From Candidatus Buchananbacteria bacterium (GTDB lineage: Bacteria > Patescibacteriota > Patescibacteriia > 2-01-FULL-39-33): a DNA stretch of 64,000 bases. Each line of letters begins with the position of its first letter. Within the stretch, counting starts at the first letter, position 1. The stretch is taken from contig JBAYGU010000001.1 in NCBI GenBank assembly GCA_041666505.1, forward strand, positions 477-64,476, written 5' to 3'. The position numbers and the translations under genes are program-made. Positions 10,501-19,367 of this stretch are shown in pieces. Under the pieces are notes generated by a model. The model ran no database searches. It was not told the DNA's origin and saw only the letters and a list, made by a program, of their open reading frames with translations.

Positions 10501-10535
10501 TTCTCGACTATGGAATTCAATTTTGTTTCTGTCAT
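7506..10535 (-). CDS. ileS: Isoleucine--tRNA ligase, type 2 (eukaryote/archaea-like)
   Basis: FYDGPPFATGTPHYGH, GWDCHGLP, WTTTPWT, DWSISRQRFW, KMAKK (KMSKS variant); ATG at 10535 preferred over the TTG at 10574, which coincides with the -35 box. Confidence 0.95.
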   Translation of the reverse strand: MTETKLNSIVENEHEVQEFWKTNKIFEQSLEQTKNGPAYSFYDGPPFATGTPHYGHLVGSAMKDVVPRYWTMKGYHVARRWGWDCHGLPIENIIEKQLGFKSKKDILKYGVDKFNEACRSKVLEYTEEWKITIGRFGRWADMDNPYKTMDLDYMETVWWVFKELYDKDLVYEGYKSMHVCPRCETTLSQQEVSEGYRDIKDLSATAKFELVDEPGTYVLAWTTTPWTLPANVALAVNPEKTYFKIKLDTEEPDKKDRLFILIKDNRLMALEPYGFKIIEEFSGQSLVGKKYRPLFPYYESAEAKAKLNNIDNLYTIVSADFVTTEDGTGVVHIAPAFGEDDMRLGKERNLPFIQNVTMSGNFTAEVTDFAGENVKPSEDTQKTDVMIIKYLAGKGLLFAKEKYEHSYPHCWRCDTPLINYATSSWFVKVTDVKDKAMKLAEDINWSPEHIKEGRFGKWLEGARDWSISRQRFWASVMPIWKCGCGEMKVYGSVAELEHDSGEKITDLHKHHIDKVTVKCHKCQGEMKRIPDVLDTWFDSGSMPYAQKHYPFENKKEFEHSFPAKFIAEGVDQTRAWFYYLHMIASAIKGSRAFDNVIVNGIVLAEDGKKMAKKLQNYPEPEVIMEKYGADALRYYLLSAPVMQAENMNFSEAGVKEAMQKVVMLLNNIISFYELYKTEDTSKPPLAPPFVKGEKNSQFDNVLDQWLLAKLDSLIAEVTKSMEAYDLPRSVRPIQEFIDEFSTWWLRRSRDRFKGEDEADKKQAIAAFRHAILELSKVMAPFTPFIAEQAYKRAGGELESVHLAKWPKVGKIGTDVLEQMEQVKKIVELGLASRAQNGIKIRQPLSKLEVYGMVMDEIYSKIIADEVNVKVVEFKKDLEIKSSEKPRSIHLEFNDTINLSGENIKDTIFSKNIRIVLYTELTEELKAEGVLRELVRTINGLRKDAGLTIQDRITIGWHSDGEIARKVFADPALSAELLKSVLADSVAEAENDEKPVNINGEKVKIKIVKV
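8455..8492 (-). repeat. ~38-bp palindromic element, in-frame inside ileS
   Basis: AAACCCCCTCTAGCTCCCCCTTTCGTAAAGGGGGAGAA, translated KPPLAPPFVKGEK; near-identical to copies at 32805 and 40967. Confidence 0.9.
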
Positions 10536-10630
10536 AATGTAAGAATAATACCAAAAAATACCTCTAAAAGTCAACTAAAAACACCCCCGATCGCCGACTG
10601 GCGAAAATCGAAGGTGTTTAGAAATAATGA

Positions 10631-10825
10631 TTATTCCTTGGAAATGGCCTGTACTGGGCAAGCGCTGATAGATTCATCGATCTTGGCGACAAAGGCGTCA
10701 TAATCGGCTTCCAATACATGAGCGATCATTCGACCGTCAATTTCAGAAATCTTGAATACTTCAGGGCACAAGGCTTCGCAAGTGCCGCAAGCGATGCAGC
10801 TGTCGTTGATGACTGGTTTGGACAT
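10631..10825 (-). CDS. Ferredoxin (single cluster)
   Basis: CIACGTCEALCPEVF ... CPVQAI. Confidence 0.9.
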   Translation of the reverse strand: MSKPVINDSCIACGTCEALCPEVFKISEIDGRMIAHVLEADYDAFVAKIDESISACPVQAISKE

Positions 10826-10837
10826 AATTAACTATTG

Positions 10838-11221
10838 TTATTTATTTTTTAATATTTCTTTGACCTTCTGTGCCAGGGTTGCCGGCGTGTAATCGGATTT
10901 TATGAGGTAGCCGTTGACGCCTAATTTCTGCGCCTTTTCCTGATCCTTTTTCTGCGTCAAATTGCTCCAGATATAGACCTTGATTTTCTTCAAATCTTTA
11001 TCCTTCCTTATCTTAACAAATAATTCAAAACCGTCAATCTCCGGCATCATGACATCCAATAAAACCAGATCCGGCGTTTCTTGCTTCAAGACATCAATGG
11101 CCTTGGCGCTATCATTGATAACCACAGTCTCAATGCCGTCCATAACCAGCCGCATACTGTAAATTTCAGCCAAATCTTTTTCGTCCTCGATCAAGGCGAT
11201 TTTACATTTATTTTCAGACAT
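10838..11221 (-). CDS. Single-domain response regulator (receiver)
   Basis: IEDE, PDLVLLDVMMPEIDG, YLIKS. Confidence 0.9.
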   Translation of the reverse strand: MSENKCKIALIEDEKDLAEIYSMRLVMDGIETVVINDSAKAIDVLKQETPDLVLLDVMMPEIDGFELFVKIRKDKDLKKIKVYIWSNLTQKKDQEKAQKLGVNGYLIKSDYTPATLAQKVKEILKNK

Positions 11222-11287
11222 AATATTTGAGTATATAAAGATATTATATCACAAATCCTGGCAGAATTACACAATACTTTGACAATC

Positions 11288-12997
11288 CTACATCCGTTCA
11301 ACCGTATCGATGCCCAGTATGGCTAAGCCATTGATAAGCACCTGCCGGACGGAAACTATCAGTGCCAAACGCGCATCGCGGATATTTTCCTTCGACTTGA
11401 GAATCGGCACTTCCTGATAATAGCTGGAAAACTTCTTTGCCAGCTCGAACAGATACTGCGCCAACTGGCTCGGTTCGAATTCCGCTGCGGCATCGGCAAT
11501 GATTTCCGGAAACTGCGCCAGCTTGATGATTAATTCTTTTTCGTGCTGTTCTGTCAATAATAAATAATCCGCTGACTTTACATTATTGGATTCGGCTTTT
11601 CTTAAGATGCTATTAATGCGCGTTACGGTATATTGCAGATACGGCCCGGTATAGCCGTCGAACGACAGCGCTTCTTGCATGTCGAAAACGATGGCATTGC
11701 TGCGGCCGCTTTTGATCATCGAGAACTTGATGGCAGAAAGCGCGATTTTTTCCGCAGTTTTCTTCACTTCCTCCTCCGGCCAATCCTCATGGCGCTTCTT
11801 CGTTTCTTCTTCGGCCGCTTTAAGCATCTCGCCGAAAAAATCCTCAAATAATACGACGTTGCCTTTGCGTGATGACATCGCCCCTTCCGCCAAGGTAACA
11901 AATTCATAAGCGATCAAAGCCGTTTTCTTCTTAAAGCCGATGACTTCGAGCGTCTTGAAGAACTGCTTGAAGTAAAAGCTTTGCCGGCTATCGATGACTA
12001 CATATGACGCATCAATTTTGTATTTCTCAAATTTCAATTTGGCCAGCGCCAGCTCCTTAGTAGAGTAAAGCGACGAGCCGTCTGACTTCAAGAGTAGTAA
12101 TTGCTTCAAACCGTATTTATCCAAATCGATAATAACTGCGCCTTGTGAACGCTCGGCGATCTTTTTTTCCAAAAGCTCCGCCACCATTAATTTGCCCGGC
12201 TTTTCGACTTCGCTTTCATAAAAAAACTTGTCGAACTTAACGCCCAGAGTCTTATAGATGCCGTCGAATTCTTCCAATGACCAAGTGCGGGTTTTTTTCC
12301 ATAGCGCGGTAAAATATTTATCGCCGCTTTCCAATTTCTTCTGCACTTCGGCGGCTTCCTTCTTATTCTCCTCGCTCGCTTCGCACAGATTGACCGCCTC
12401 AGTATAAAGTTTGCCTAAGTACTGCCCCTTATGCTCTGCCGGCTCCGGTTCATCCTTGTGGAATTTATCCAGCGCCCAAAGAGTCTTGGCGACGTGCGAG
12501 CCGATATCGCCGATGTAATTGGCAGCGATTACCTTCTTGCCGAAAAACCGATATAAATTTACCAGCGATGAGCCCAAAACCACATTCCTCAGATGCCCGA
12601 TATGGAATTCCTTATGAGTATTAGGCTGGGAATATTCGATCATCACTTTTTCCTTGTCGGATTTGATGGCACCGTAAGCGCTGCCCTTCTTCTCGATTTC
12701 CTTCAGCACTTTAGCCGGCAGCAATTTATCATTCAGATAAAAATTCAGATACGGCCCGAGATTCTGCACCGATTTGATCATGCCTTTGGGGCGGATCTTA
12801 TCCTTCAATTCCTGCGCGATCTGGTTCGGCGAGATTCTCAGAAGCTTAGTCAAATAAAAGCAAGGCACGGAAAAATCACCCATACCAGGCTCGGGCGGAC
12901 GGGTTATCTCCAGTTTTGACTTATCGATCTCTTGGCCGACCGCTCCCGCAACCGCCTCGATAATCTCATGTTTGATTTTTTCTATGGCGTAATCCAT
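11288..12997 (-). CDS. argS: Arginine--tRNA ligase
   Basis: GPYLNF, EYSQPNTHKEFHIGH, MSSRKG, GPYLQY, C-terminal ERM. Confidence 0.96.
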   Translation of the reverse strand: MDYAIEKIKHEIIEAVAGAVGQEIDKSKLEITRPPEPGMGDFSVPCFYLTKLLRISPNQIAQELKDKIRPKGMIKSVQNLGPYLNFYLNDKLLPAKVLKEIEKKGSAYGAIKSDKEKVMIEYSQPNTHKEFHIGHLRNVVLGSSLVNLYRFFGKKVIAANYIGDIGSHVAKTLWALDKFHKDEPEPAEHKGQYLGKLYTEAVNLCEASEENKKEAAEVQKKLESGDKYFTALWKKTRTWSLEEFDGIYKTLGVKFDKFFYESEVEKPGKLMVAELLEKKIAERSQGAVIIDLDKYGLKQLLLLKSDGSSLYSTKELALAKLKFEKYKIDASYVVIDSRQSFYFKQFFKTLEVIGFKKKTALIAYEFVTLAEGAMSSRKGNVVLFEDFFGEMLKAAEEETKKRHEDWPEEEVKKTAEKIALSAIKFSMIKSGRSNAIVFDMQEALSFDGYTGPYLQYTVTRINSILRKAESNNVKSADYLLLTEQHEKELIIKLAQFPEIIADAAAEFEPSQLAQYLFELAKKFSSYYQEVPILKSKENIRDARLALIVSVRQVLINGLAILGIDTVERM

Positions 12998-13092
12998 ACC
13001 AAAACTATAGCAAAAATATGCTTAAATATCAAGATTAATGCTTTACAAATAAAAAAGGCACAGACTTCATAGTCCGCGCCATAAATGTGCGT

Positions 13093-13827
13093 TTATTCCT
13101 GTTTTGCTTCCGGCTGATCCAATTTATCCAGCCAATCCTGCAGCTGCAGCCTCATGGTAAAATCTGCGCAAGTGGGCAGCCATTCTTTGACCGCCTCCAG
13201 ACCGACCACAACCTGCCAATCACATTCGCTTGTTATCATGTGCAACAGGGAATAAATCAATTTCTGCAATTCGGGTAAAACAACATCCTGTTCATTGTCT
13301 GTATTTGATGACACAATATTCCCGCCGCTTTCCAAACTACTCATTTTTTTGACATACACATACATGGTGTCTGATTCAAAGTTAAAATACAACCGACCGT
13401 CTTCTAAAATACCAAAATCCACCGCGTAATGCGGAACAGGCCCAAGCGGCGGTATTAGCGGCATCATTAACCCCGATCCAGATAATATATCATCAGCGCT
13501 CATGTAATGTTTCATGGATCTCTCACGAGTCTCGCGATGAATGATAAATACCGGCTCGCCCTTATGCAAGGATACCTCTTGATATAAATCCTTAAGATAC
13601 TTCGATACTAAACCGCCAGAGAAATTAGTTTTATCCATTAAGCTAGGATGAAGCGCCAGATAATCCGTTATAATGTCACCTGTTGATTCGCCCGCCCCGA
13701 TTCTAACGGCCAAAGCTTCCAAATCAGCTCTTTTTCTTTCCTTGGCCGCCTGGGTCTGCTGATCCAATCGGGCAACCAATTCTTCTGTGCACATTATCTG
13801 CTTAAACAACTTTTCCGCCTCACTCAT
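13093..13827 (-). CDS. Hypothetical protein
   Basis: 244-aa ORF with GGAGGAGG RBS; no motif recognised. Confidence 0.65.
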   Translation of the reverse strand: MSEAEKLFKQIMCTEELVARLDQQTQAAKERKRADLEALAVRIGAGESTGDIITDYLALHPSLMDKTNFSGGLVSKYLKDLYQEVSLHKGEPVFIIHRETRERSMKHYMSADDILSGSGLMMPLIPPLGPVPHYAVDFGILEDGRLYFNFESDTMYVYVKKMSSLESGGNIVSSNTDNEQDVVLPELQKLIYSLLHMITSECDWQVVVGLEAVKEWLPTCADFTMRLQLQDWLDKLDQPEAKQE

Positions 13828-13980
13828 GACAAATCCTCCTCCGTTGTTGTTTTAAATACCCAAATTGATTTAATCAATTGTAATATGCGATATTTACAAA
13901 CAAATACTAGCATCAGATCGCCATTTCGTCAATCCTCCCATTAGAATTGACTAAAATGCGCGAAAAGAGTATATTTCAAT

Positions 13981-14088
13981 AAAGATACCAATCTACGAAT
14001 GGTACGAATAATACTAATGAATACGAATTTTTATTGAATTTATTCGTACCTATTTGTATCATTAGTAAATTAGTATATTCGTATCTTT
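13981..14088. repeat. Short-unit inverted repeat array (TACGAAT/ATTCGTA) in thrS leader
   Basis: GGTACGAATA (14001) is the reverse complement of TATTCGTACC (14041); TACTAATGA/TCATTAGTA; AAAGATAC/GTATCTTT at the ends. Confidence 0.7.
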
Positions 14089-14102
14089 CAAATAATAAAA
14101 AT

Positions 14103-15833
14103 ATGTCCAAAAACAACGAGGCTTTAGACAAAATCCGCCACTCGACTTCGCACATACTGGCTTACGCCGTGCGTGAGCTTTTCGGCGAGGAAGTAAAATT
14201 TGCCATCGGCCCGACGATCGATGACGGCTTTTATTACGATTTTGATTTAAATGATCAAACTTTCACGCCGGAAGACCTGAAGAAAATCGAGAAAAAGATG
14301 GAAGAAATTATCAAGAAGAAACTGCCGTTCGAAAAATCAGAGCTATCGATCGCCGATGCGGAAAAGAAAATGTCCGGCCAACCGTATAAGCTGGAACTGA
14401 CCAAAGACTTAGCGGCCGCTGGAGAATCAACAGTCAGTTTTTACACTGTCGGAGATTTTACCGATCTCTGCCGCGGCCCTCATGTCGAAACCACCAAGGA
14501 GCTCGGCGCTTTAAAATTAATGAAAATCGCCGGCGCTTATTGGAAAGGCAACGAAAAGAATAAGATGCTGCAAAGGATCTACGGCACGGCCTTCGAAACA
14601 AAAGATCAATTAGCCGAATATCTTAAAATCTTGGAAGAAGCGGAAAAACGCGATCACAGAAAATTAGGCAAGGAGTTAGGTTTGATTTCCTTCCACGATG
14701 AAGGCCCCGGCTTTCCTTTCTTTAAACCGAAGGGCATGGTTATTTGGAATGAGCTTTTGAACTACTGGCGCGAAATGCATGAAGCGGCAGGCTATGATGA
14801 GATCAAGACGCCGATAATGCTCTCCCAGCACCTCTGGGAGACTTCCGGCCATTGGACCAATTATCGCGAGAACATGTATGAGACAATCATCGACGAAACC
14901 AAATTCGCCATCAAGCCGATGAATTGTCCGGGCGGATTCCTGATGTACAAGGAAGACATACATTCCTATCGCGAACTGCCGCTGAGATGGGGCGAGATCG
15001 GCTTAGTGCATCGCCATGAACTCTCCGGCGTCTTGTCCGGGCTGTTCCGCGTCCGCGCTTTCCATCAGGACGATGCGCACATCTTCATGCGGCCCGACCA
15101 GATCAAAGACGAGATTTTGGGCGTCTTGAATCTAGTTGATAAGATGTACGCCACCTTCGGCCTGACATATACTCTGGAACTTTCCACTAAGCCGGAAAAA
15201 GCCATCGGCTCCGATGAGGCTTGGGAAACGGCTACCGCCGGTTTGACGGAAGCGTTAAACAGCACTGGCAAGGAATACGAAATCAATGAGGGCGACGGCG
15301 CTTTCTACGGTCCGAAAATCGACATCAAGATCAAAGACGCCATCGGCCGGACTTGGCAATGCGGCACCATCCAGCTCGATATGAATATGCCTGACCGCTT
15401 CGATCTGACTTACACCGATTCCGACGGACAGGAAAAGCGTCCGGTCATGATCCATCGCGTCATTTACGGCTCGATGGAAAGGTTCTTCGGCGTGCTCATC
15501 GAGCACTTTGCCGGCGCTTTCCCGCTCTGGCTCTCTCCGGTGCAGGCGATGATCATTCCGGTCTCGGAAAAATTCAATGATTACGGCGATAAAGTATTTG
15601 CTGATATGAAGGCCGCCGGCATCCGCGTCGAAATCGATAAATCCGATGAATCGCTGGGCAAGCGCATCAGGAACGCGGAGAAGCAAAAGACTCCCTACAT
15701 ATTAGTCGTGGGCGAAAAGGAAGTCGAAGCGAAAACGATCGCCGTCCGCAAGCGCAGCGAAGGCGATCTCGGTAGCAAGGATACAAATGAATTCATCGAA
15801 GAAATAAAAAATGAAATTGCGGATAAGAAATAG
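14103..15833 (+). CDS. thrS: Threonine--tRNA ligase (lacking N-terminal TGS domain)
   Basis: RHSTSH, DLCRGPH, RDHRKLG, KPMNCP, GAFYGPKID, QCGTIQLD; ATG 14103 preferred. Confidence 0.96.
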   Translation: MSKNNEALDKIRHSTSHILAYAVRELFGEEVKFAIGPTIDDGFYYDFDLNDQTFTPEDLKKIEKKMEEIIKKKLPFEKSELSIADAEKKMSGQPYKLELTKDLAAAGESTVSFYTVGDFTDLCRGPHVETTKELGALKLMKIAGAYWKGNEKNKMLQRIYGTAFETKDQLAEYLKILEEAEKRDHRKLGKELGLISFHDEGPGFPFFKPKGMVIWNELLNYWREMHEAAGYDEIKTPIMLSQHLWETSGHWTNYRENMYETIIDETKFAIKPMNCPGGFLMYKEDIHSYRELPLRWGEIGLVHRHELSGVLSGLFRVRAFHQDDAHIFMRPDQIKDEILGVLNLVDKMYATFGLTYTLELSTKPEKAIGSDEAWETATAGLTEALNSTGKEYEINEGDGAFYGPKIDIKIKDAIGRTWQCGTIQLDMNMPDRFDLTYTDSDGQEKRPVMIHRVIYGSMERFFGVLIEHFAGAFPLWLSPVQAMIIPVSEKFNDYGDKVFADMKAAGIRVEIDKSDESLGKRIRNAEKQKTPYILVVGEKEVEAKTIAVRKRSEGDLGSKDTNEFIEEIKNEIADKK

Positions 15834-15835
15834 CA

Positions 15836-15872
15836 TAAAAAAAATCACCTTGGATTATACCAAGGTGATTTT
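15836..15872. terminator. Bidirectional intrinsic terminator
   Basis: aaaatcaccttgg-attata-ccaaggtgatttt perfect stem between convergent genes. Confidence 0.85.
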
Positions 15873-15905
15873 AATTGCGAGCAATCTTTCTATCTTCCAA
15901 GCCGC

Positions 15906-16340
15906 TCATATGCGATCAATAAACAGCGCGGCTTTTTCCAAAAGCTTCTTGATGTCTTCATGCTTGGCTGATTTGATCGCTTCCGGCAAGCTCATCCAAG
16001 ATCCGCTCAAGCCTTCGGCCTGCCTTTCGCTTGTTTCTGCAAAATCATTCTCTAGCAGCTTGGCGAGATAATAATAGATGACTTTGAAGGCTTTTTCCCC
16101 GTCCAATTCGAATTCGAATTCGATCTTGCCGAGCAATCCGCCATCGACCAATTCGATATCCTTATATCCCGTCTCTTCCGTTATTTCTCGCAAAGCGGCC
16201 TATTCCACGCTCTCGCCTTCTTCGACGTGGCCTTTCGGCAGGAGCCATTCGTCGCGCTCCTTCTTATAAATCATATAGACTTTCTTCTGCCGCGGATCAT
16301 ATAATACTCCTCCGGCCGTAACATGTGTTTTCATATTCAT
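15906..16340 (-). pseudogene. Nudix hydrolase interrupted by an in-frame TAG
   Basis: Reads MNMKTHVTAGG...WLLPKGHVEEGESVE*AALREITEETG; TAG at 16200-16202 inside the Nudix box; ATG overlaps upstream stop (ATGA). Confidence 0.85.
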
Positions 16341-17176
16341 ATATTATTCCTGATAGCAGCTGTTATGGCTTTTGCTTCTCCTTGCGCATAATAGCAAGGT
16401 AAAATTTTAGTTAATCTGCCGATCAAGACATTACGTTTTCTAGCGAGAAGAATATTATCCAACGGAGGCAACGGCTCGATATTTGAAAAAACCCGTCTTG
16501 ATGTGCCCCTAATCTTCCTGTTCATCTCTTCGAACAGATGCCAGTCGAATTTCTCACTCGTCCATCTATCCCAACTTAGTTCATTGGGGACGGAAGTGAC
16601 AAAAGGGTAAACAAACATTGCTATCGGCAATTCCATCTTTTTGCGCAAAGCTAACTTATCATAAACATTCTTTTTACCCTTATTAAAATAAGCGCTGCCA
16701 ACTCCCCCGACGACCATTGAATGCTTCAAGTCAATGACGACTTTTTCGTCAGCAAACCAAATACAATCCGCTTGTTCGCTGAAATACTTAGCTAAAGCAG
16801 TCTTGCCCATACCGCTGGCGCCGCCCCAAAAAATAATCGCCCTTCCTCCGACTTCGACTGCCGCGCCATGCATACAATAGTAGCCTCTGCTTTGTCTAGC
16901 ACGTTCCAATAAATATTCCGCCAGCGATAAGACATCATTGACATCAACTGACTTATTTCGATATTCAGCCCGAGGATATTTTAACATTATTCGACTCGCT
17001 CCTCTTTCTAAATCCAATATCACATCTGTTTTATTTCCCGATTGATCGATAATTACCTCAGGAATATAACGATATAAAAAATCAGACTTAATCAGTTTTT
17101 CAATATCTTCTGGATTATTGCTCCTCACCAATACCGATGCGCCGCATGAGCTAATTCTTAGAAAATGTCTTTTCAT
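16337..17176 (-). CDS. HPr-kinase-like P-loop protein
   Basis: MHGAAV...GGASGMGKT Walker A followed by ADE, as in HprK-related small kinases. Confidence 0.65.
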   Translation of the reverse strand: MKRHFLRISSCGASVLVRSNNPEDIEKLIKSDFLYRYIPEVIIDQSGNKTDVILDLERGASRIMLKYPRAEYRNKSVDVNDVLSLAEYLLERARQSRGYYCMHGAAVEVGGRAIIFWGGASGMGKTALAKYFSEQADCIWFADEKVVIDLKHSMVVGGVGSAYFNKGKKNVYDKLALRKKMELPIAMFVYPFVTSVPNELSWDRWTSEKFDWHLFEEMNRKIRGTSRRVFSNIEPLPPLDNILLARKRNVLIGRLTKILPCYYAQGEAKAITAAIRNNI

Positions 17177-18269
17177 AAATTTTTTCCACTTGTTTGATTC
17201 TTATTTGCCAGCTCCATTTGCCCGCAGCCGCTATTCTGGCATTTCTGCCAAGACTGTCAGCTAAAACAGAGTCAGCCAACAATCTGTTCATTGCTTCGGC
17301 TAATGCGATGGCATTTCGGGGAGCGACCAATAATCCGTTACCGCCATTTTTTAAATATTCCGACATGCTGCAAGCAGTAGTGGTTATGACTGGCCGACCG
17401 CAAGCTCCAGCCTCCAGCATAGTAGTTAATATTCCCTCACGGTCATATGAGGGCAATACTACCATTAAGGCTGAATTATAAAGCGAGGGCAAATCCTCAT
17501 CTTTAACGTAACCGAGAAAATGAACATTTTGGGTCAATTTTTTTTCCTTGGCCAACTTACGCAAATTGCCCTCTTCTGGCCCACTACCAGCTATGGCAAC
17601 CCTTATCGCCTTATTTCTTAACTTGGCCAATGCCTCGATCAAATAATTGATTCCCTTGGTTTCAATAAGCCTTCCAACATAAAGCGCGTCATATTCGATA
17701 TCCGTCTTCATCGGGATAAAATGATCAGCATCAATTCCATTAACGGCCACGGAAATTGTTCTTATCGGCGCCATATCCAGCCATTTTTGCTTTATCAATT
17801 CTGAAACGGAAATAAATGCTGAAGGAATCGTTGCGCACAGATCATGCATGTAATTGCTTTGCAGCGGATATCCATGAAGATGCAGAACCGACTTCTGGCC
17901 GAAAGGCACCGCGATAGAATCTAAATAATTATGGACGGCTATTAAATCAAAATGCTGACGTAAAAAATAGCAATAAGCTAATCTGCCGACATGTAAGCTC
18001 TCATAATCCCACCGTATCCATCTCTGACCAGGTAGTTCGCCATAAATCCACTCAAATTCTTCCGGCAAATCAATATAAGCTACCTTAACTTGAGGATTTT
18101 CCTTAAGAAATTTCAAAAAATATCCGCTGGATTTTATATATTTTGCCCGGACAGTCACCAGCGTCACTTGATGACCTGCCAATGAAAGGAATTTTGCATG
18201 CTGCAAAGGAACGACTTCTCCGCCTCCGACATAATAGCTGGCTCTCGGCTGATATATGGCAATTTTCAT
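17151..18269 (-). CDS. Glycosyltransferase family 4 (GT-B)
   Basis: GGGE, NGID, YVGRL...KG, PSYDREG...LEAGACGRPVI. Confidence 0.9.
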   Translation of the reverse strand: MKIAIYQPRASYYVGGGEVVPLQHAKFLSLAGHQVTLVTVRAKYIKSSGYFLKFLKENPQVKVAYIDLPEEFEWIYGELPGQRWIRWDYESLHVGRLAYCYFLRQHFDLIAVHNYLDSIAVPFGQKSVLHLHGYPLQSNYMHDLCATIPSAFISVSELIKQKWLDMAPIRTISVAVNGIDADHFIPMKTDIEYDALYVGRLIETKGINYLIEALAKLRNKAIRVAIAGSGPEEGNLRKLAKEKKLTQNVHFLGYVKDEDLPSLYNSALMVVLPSYDREGILTTMLEAGACGRPVITTTACSMSEYLKNGGNGLLVAPRNAIALAEAMNRLLADSVLADSLGRNARIAAAGKWSWQIRIKQVEKIYEKTFSKN

Positions 18270-18769
18270 AGTCGATTCCTTTCAAAAAATCTTATGAATG
18301 ATTCAATCTGCGCCTGGCCGGTAACCGATGATTTCATCCATTCGATATATTCCGGCAATTCCGCAGGAGAAACGAAATTACGTTCCGACGTTTCAAACTC
18401 AGCTCTGAATTCTCCGATATCAGATAATCTGCAAAAAAATCGCAATTGGAAATATTCCCGGCCTTCGATCGAATCATTGTTCGGATCATTGACTTCGACA
18501 TAGCCTATAAGCTTAAAATCTTTTATGGAGCAATCAGCCTCTTCCATAATCTCTCTTTTCAGCGACTCCTCCAATGTCTCTCCTGATTCCGGATGTCCTC
18601 CCGGCAATCCCCATCCGTGTTTATTCTTTATGATTAAAACCTTATCCTCGTTATCCAGACAAAAAGCGCTAACTTGGGAAATATTTTTTCCGACAGGAAT
18701 ATTTTCTGCTTCTTGCCAAGTGAGCGTAAGATCTCTGCCTGCAAATGTCGTTTTTTCGCTGATTAGCAT
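18266..18769 (-). CDS. Nudix hydrolase
   Basis: WGLPGGHPESGETLEESLKREIMEEA Nudix box. Confidence 0.88.
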   Translation of the reverse strand: MLISEKTTFAGRDLTLTWQEAENIPVGKNISQVSAFCLDNEDKVLIIKNKHGWGLPGGHPESGETLEESLKREIMEEADCSIKDFKLIGYVEVNDPNNDSIEGREYFQLRFFCRLSDIGEFRAEFETSERNFVSPAELPEYIEWMKSSVTGQAQIESFIRFFERNRL

Positions 18770-18782
18770 AAATAATATTTTA

Positions 18783-19367
18783 TTAATTTTCGTTGAATAT
18801 TTCCCAAAGCTCCGTCGGCAGATTGCCTTTCTTCTTTAATCGATCGAATTTATCTCCCAATATCATCCTTAAATCACTTAATGCCTCATCTGCGCTGTCT
18901 GCTGTATGGATGACATTCTTCTGCGTCAGAACGACTGATAATTCGTCCTGCCGCGGATGAGCGCCATTCTGCCACAGCTTTAGATCCTCATCGGATACTT
19001 TTGAATCCCGCTGTAATTTCTGCCTGATAACACCGTCACCCGTTTCTTTTTTTTTCAGACTGGACAATACCCGTTGGGCTTCCAAGCCGTCGCCTCCGAC
19101 CAGCAAAACAATCACCTCATGACTAGACAGATATTTTCTCATTGCCGGATAAAAATGCTGATTGATTGAATCAGCATAAATATAATCGACCGCTTGCGGC
19201 GATAATTTTACTTTATCTTCATAAACGATCATTAAGCCGTTTTCTTTTAAAATAGATTCTATCGCCGGCAAATCATCTATATATTCCGGCTTTATGAAAG
19301 CAAATGCTATTTCCTTTTTGGGCATTAAGTCTTTGATTTCTTGCCCTGGCGGATATTCTCTTATCAT
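18783..19367 (-). CDS. Divergent nucleoside-diphosphate kinase-like protein
   Basis: AFAFIKPE N-terminus and NVIHTADS...EA phospho-His motif. Confidence 0.72.
   Translation of the reverse strand: MIREYPPGQEIKDLMPKKEIAFAFIKPEYIDDLPAIESILKENGLMIVYEDKVKLSPQAVDYIYADSINQHFYPAMRKYLSSHEVIVLLVGGDGLEAQRVLSSLKKKETGDGVIRQKLQRDSKVSDEDLKLWQNGAHPRQDELSVVLTQKNVIHTADSADEALSDLRMILGDKFDRLKKKGNLPTELWEIFNEN

Noticed and set aside
16200-16202. Genome-wide stop-codon reassignment
   Set aside because: TAG, TGA and TAA all end conserved genes at their expected positions
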